A stretch of 64,000 nucleotides of DNA, from NCBI GenBank assembly GCA_002633005.1, contig NMRA01000347.1, positions 343,311-407,310 of the forward strand. Reading direction: 5' to 3'. Source of the DNA: Phoronis australis. Taxonomy: Eukaryota; Animalia; Phoronida. Below the pieces are notes generated by a model. That model saw only the letters and a list, made by a program, of their open reading frames with translations, was not told the origin of the DNA and did no database searches. The position numbers and the translations under genes are program-made. Below are positions 62,701 to 64,000 of this stretch, piece by piece (position 1 is the stretch's first letter; the number at the start of each line of letters is the position of its first letter).

Positions 62701-63215
62701 GTCCAAAACTGAAGAATTTTTATCGTACTATAGACTCTTGAAAATAATTTCATATATTTAAACGCTTTCTTAAATATTAAATTTATCGATTAACGCTCAT
62801 TTCAAATTGAATTTAAAATAGAAATTAAATCTGTGTTACTTTCAGACAAGTCTGTGGTAATATTTCAAAATTCTGCAGAACTGGAGAAATTGCAAATTCA
62901 ACTCCTGTGGCTCAAAAAACAACAACAGTTCACCTGAGCAGTGTACTTAACACTCTTTAATTTCCTGGAAACTTCACTCCATTAGCAAACTGCTTCTTTT
63001 GAACACAACACCGGTAAGCACTGGGAGATCTAATTTCAAAGTTCCTCAAAAACTCGAATCCCACTACGACCAAGTTCTTGACGGAAACTCACCACTTGTG
63101 TGAACTCTCATTTTAGAACTGGTGATATCCGTGGATATGGCAAAGTATGGTATCCATAGGTCCTCAATCTGAATGTCACCGATCACTCCATGAATGATTC
63201 GGTTGAAGAATGCCC
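53775..63215 (-). CDS. PNPLA6: Neuropathy target esterase / swiss cheese (PNPLA6/PNPLA7) homolog, 3' portion; the gene continues beyond the right edge
   Basis: Exons encode [24 protein letters not shown]...[62 protein letters not shown] and FTDLAE. Phases are consistent. Co-orthologous to vertebrate PNPLA6 and PNPLA7. Confidence 0.93.
54287..56005 (+). mobile_element. Helentron/HINE (pearl-like) non-autonomous element with degenerate internal tandem units
   Basis: Starts ACTAGACAAGAG, has recurring AAATTTCATGAAAATCC-like cores, a (GGAC)n microsatellite at 55939-55966 and an A-rich end. A shorter relative lies at about 58690-58990. Confidence 0.6.
56061..56189 (-). CDS. PNPLA6: NTE exon ([21 protein letters not shown]...LDE)
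   Basis: 129 bp, TTTCAG/GTCAG, FTDLAE motif followed by an acidic tail. Confidence 0.85.
56671..56793 (-). CDS. PNPLA6: NTE exon ([11 protein letters not shown]...EQQQQ)
   Basis: 123 bp, CAG/GTAG, phase 0; corresponds to human DVGYQYGKAVF. Confidence 0.8.
57830..57982 (-). CDS. PNPLA6: NTE exon ([18 protein letters not shown]...[11 protein letters not shown]...DIY)
   Basis: 153 bp, TAG/GTAAGT; highly conserved peptide. Confidence 0.96.
58359..58507 (-). CDS. PNPLA6: NTE exon (ADVMRAHGA...DVGSQDE...[18 protein letters not shown])
   Basis: 149 bp, CAG/GTGAGT, phase 1 to 0. Confidence 0.96.
60116..60232 (-). CDS. PNPLA6: NTE catalytic-Asp exon, variant B (canonical): [39 protein letters not shown]
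   Basis: 117 bp, TTTTCTAG acceptor, GTAC donor, phase 1-1, patatin DGG motif. Not in the supplied ORF track; translated by hand. Confidence 0.95.
60589..60705 (-). CDS. PNPLA6: NTE catalytic-Asp exon, variant A (divergent paralogous exon): [39 protein letters not shown]
   Basis: 117 bp, pyrimidine tract plus TCAAG acceptor, GTTAG donor, phase 1-1, no stops; 24/39 aa identical to variant B. Confidence 0.88.
62273..62395 (-). CDS. PNPLA6: NTE exon ([41 protein letters not shown])
   Basis: 123 bp, TTCAG/GTGAGT, phase 1-1. Confidence 0.93.
62460..62620 (-). mobile_element. tRNA-headed repeat with an adjacent 22-bp perfect palindrome
   Basis: Minus strand has TGGTGTAGTGGTT (A box) and GGGTTCGACTCC (B box). 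Palindrome GTTATCTCACTAGTGAGATAAC at 62506-62527. Confidence 0.6.
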
Positions 63216-63280
63216 CTGGAAAGTAGAGCAACTACAAGTGAAAAAATGTAAAATGTAACAATAAAACACTTTATTTACCA
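62700..63280 (+). repeat. Near-identical copy of 61878-62458, including a second copy of the NTE exon at 63093-63215 (probable haplotype duplication at N 62699)
   Basis: Restarts TGTCCAAAACTGAAG immediately after the N. The exon copies differ only by 2 synonymous SNPs. Confidence 0.85.
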
Positions 63281-64000
63281 TTTGTGAATGCCCCTTTCTG
63301 AACATAAGACCATGATGATTAATGCACTTATTTCATTAGAAATCGCGTATTTTTACAAATTTGTTGAGGATGCAAATCGTTTGTGTTACAAGCAACACAT
63401 GTTACAGGCCCTAGCTCTTGAGAATTGGGAAGCAAACCAGCTCTTATCAAAATATTCACGGTTCATTTTGACACCAATTGATTGGAGGAATGGCAGATTT
63501 TTCAACGAGATGACACACCACCTCATACTCACCAGAGAACATGGAAGTGTAGGGATACGTCAGATCAATGACTTTTGACCACAGTGACATCATTTCCTGT
63601 TCAATAAGGAAGATGTATTAGAACAAAGATGAATCCACTTCAGTGGCCAACTCCTTCAATCCAAAATTGGCAAAATTTGTAACTAAAATTTGTCTACTAA
63701 AAACTTTTTTACACACAGAAATAAATTTGAACATCTCTCCATTGCCTTTACTTTTAACAGATTCAACTTTCCTTTCGTCAACATTCCTAGATCATTTCAG
63801 TTGGTGTCGAACAGACGTTTCAGCATGACTAGTTCGTAATACTAAAATCACGTATATTGGTTCTGCCTTCACGCCCACTGAGGTACAACACGTCCTACTC
63901 TACTGAGCACAGTGTGCGCACGTCATTTGAGCTTGCTCAGTGGAAGTGAATTCAGGGCCTTTTGCCGAGTCATACACATCACTATCTACTGTTGCATGAG

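Noticed and set aside
62273-63215. Second apparent NTE exon duplication (62273-62395 and 63093-63215) as another mutually exclusive pair
   Set aside because: The peptide is identical, the flanking introns are near-identical and the copies are joined by a single N. This is best explained as two alleles, unlike the divergent 60.1/60.6-kb pair.

Overview
Intron-rich, AT-rich animal DNA, most likely from a marine invertebrate (inferred from the repeat types). It comes from a heterozygous assembly with single-N joins at 5250, 11016, 13340, 40911 and 62699. Two phospholipase genes lie on the minus strand. (1) A complete cytosolic phospholipase A2 alpha (PLA2G4A-like) gene with 15 coding exons that I joined by hand in frame (36942 down to 16356, 2850 nt, 949 aa). 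It has an intact C2 domain, a roughly 200-aa acidic/basic expansion of the lid region and an atypical VLSGS nucleophile motif. (2) The 3' part of a neuropathy target esterase / swiss cheese (PNPLA6/7) gene (63215 down to about 53775). The main finding is in this gene: the exon carrying the catalytic Asp (DGG motif) is present as two divergent, intact 117-bp, same-phase copies (DGA variant 60589-60705, DGG canonical 60116-60232). They are flanked by complementary intronic elements, which is the signature of a mutually exclusive exon pair that swaps part of the active site. The rest is repeats: a decayed LINE, a solo LTR, tRNA-derived SINEs, a Harbinger derivative with nested MITEs, a Penelope-like foldback, Helentron-like elements and minisatellites. 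Three near-identical duplications at N joins are probably both haplotypes assembled in tandem. All family assignments are from motif recognition only; no searches were run.
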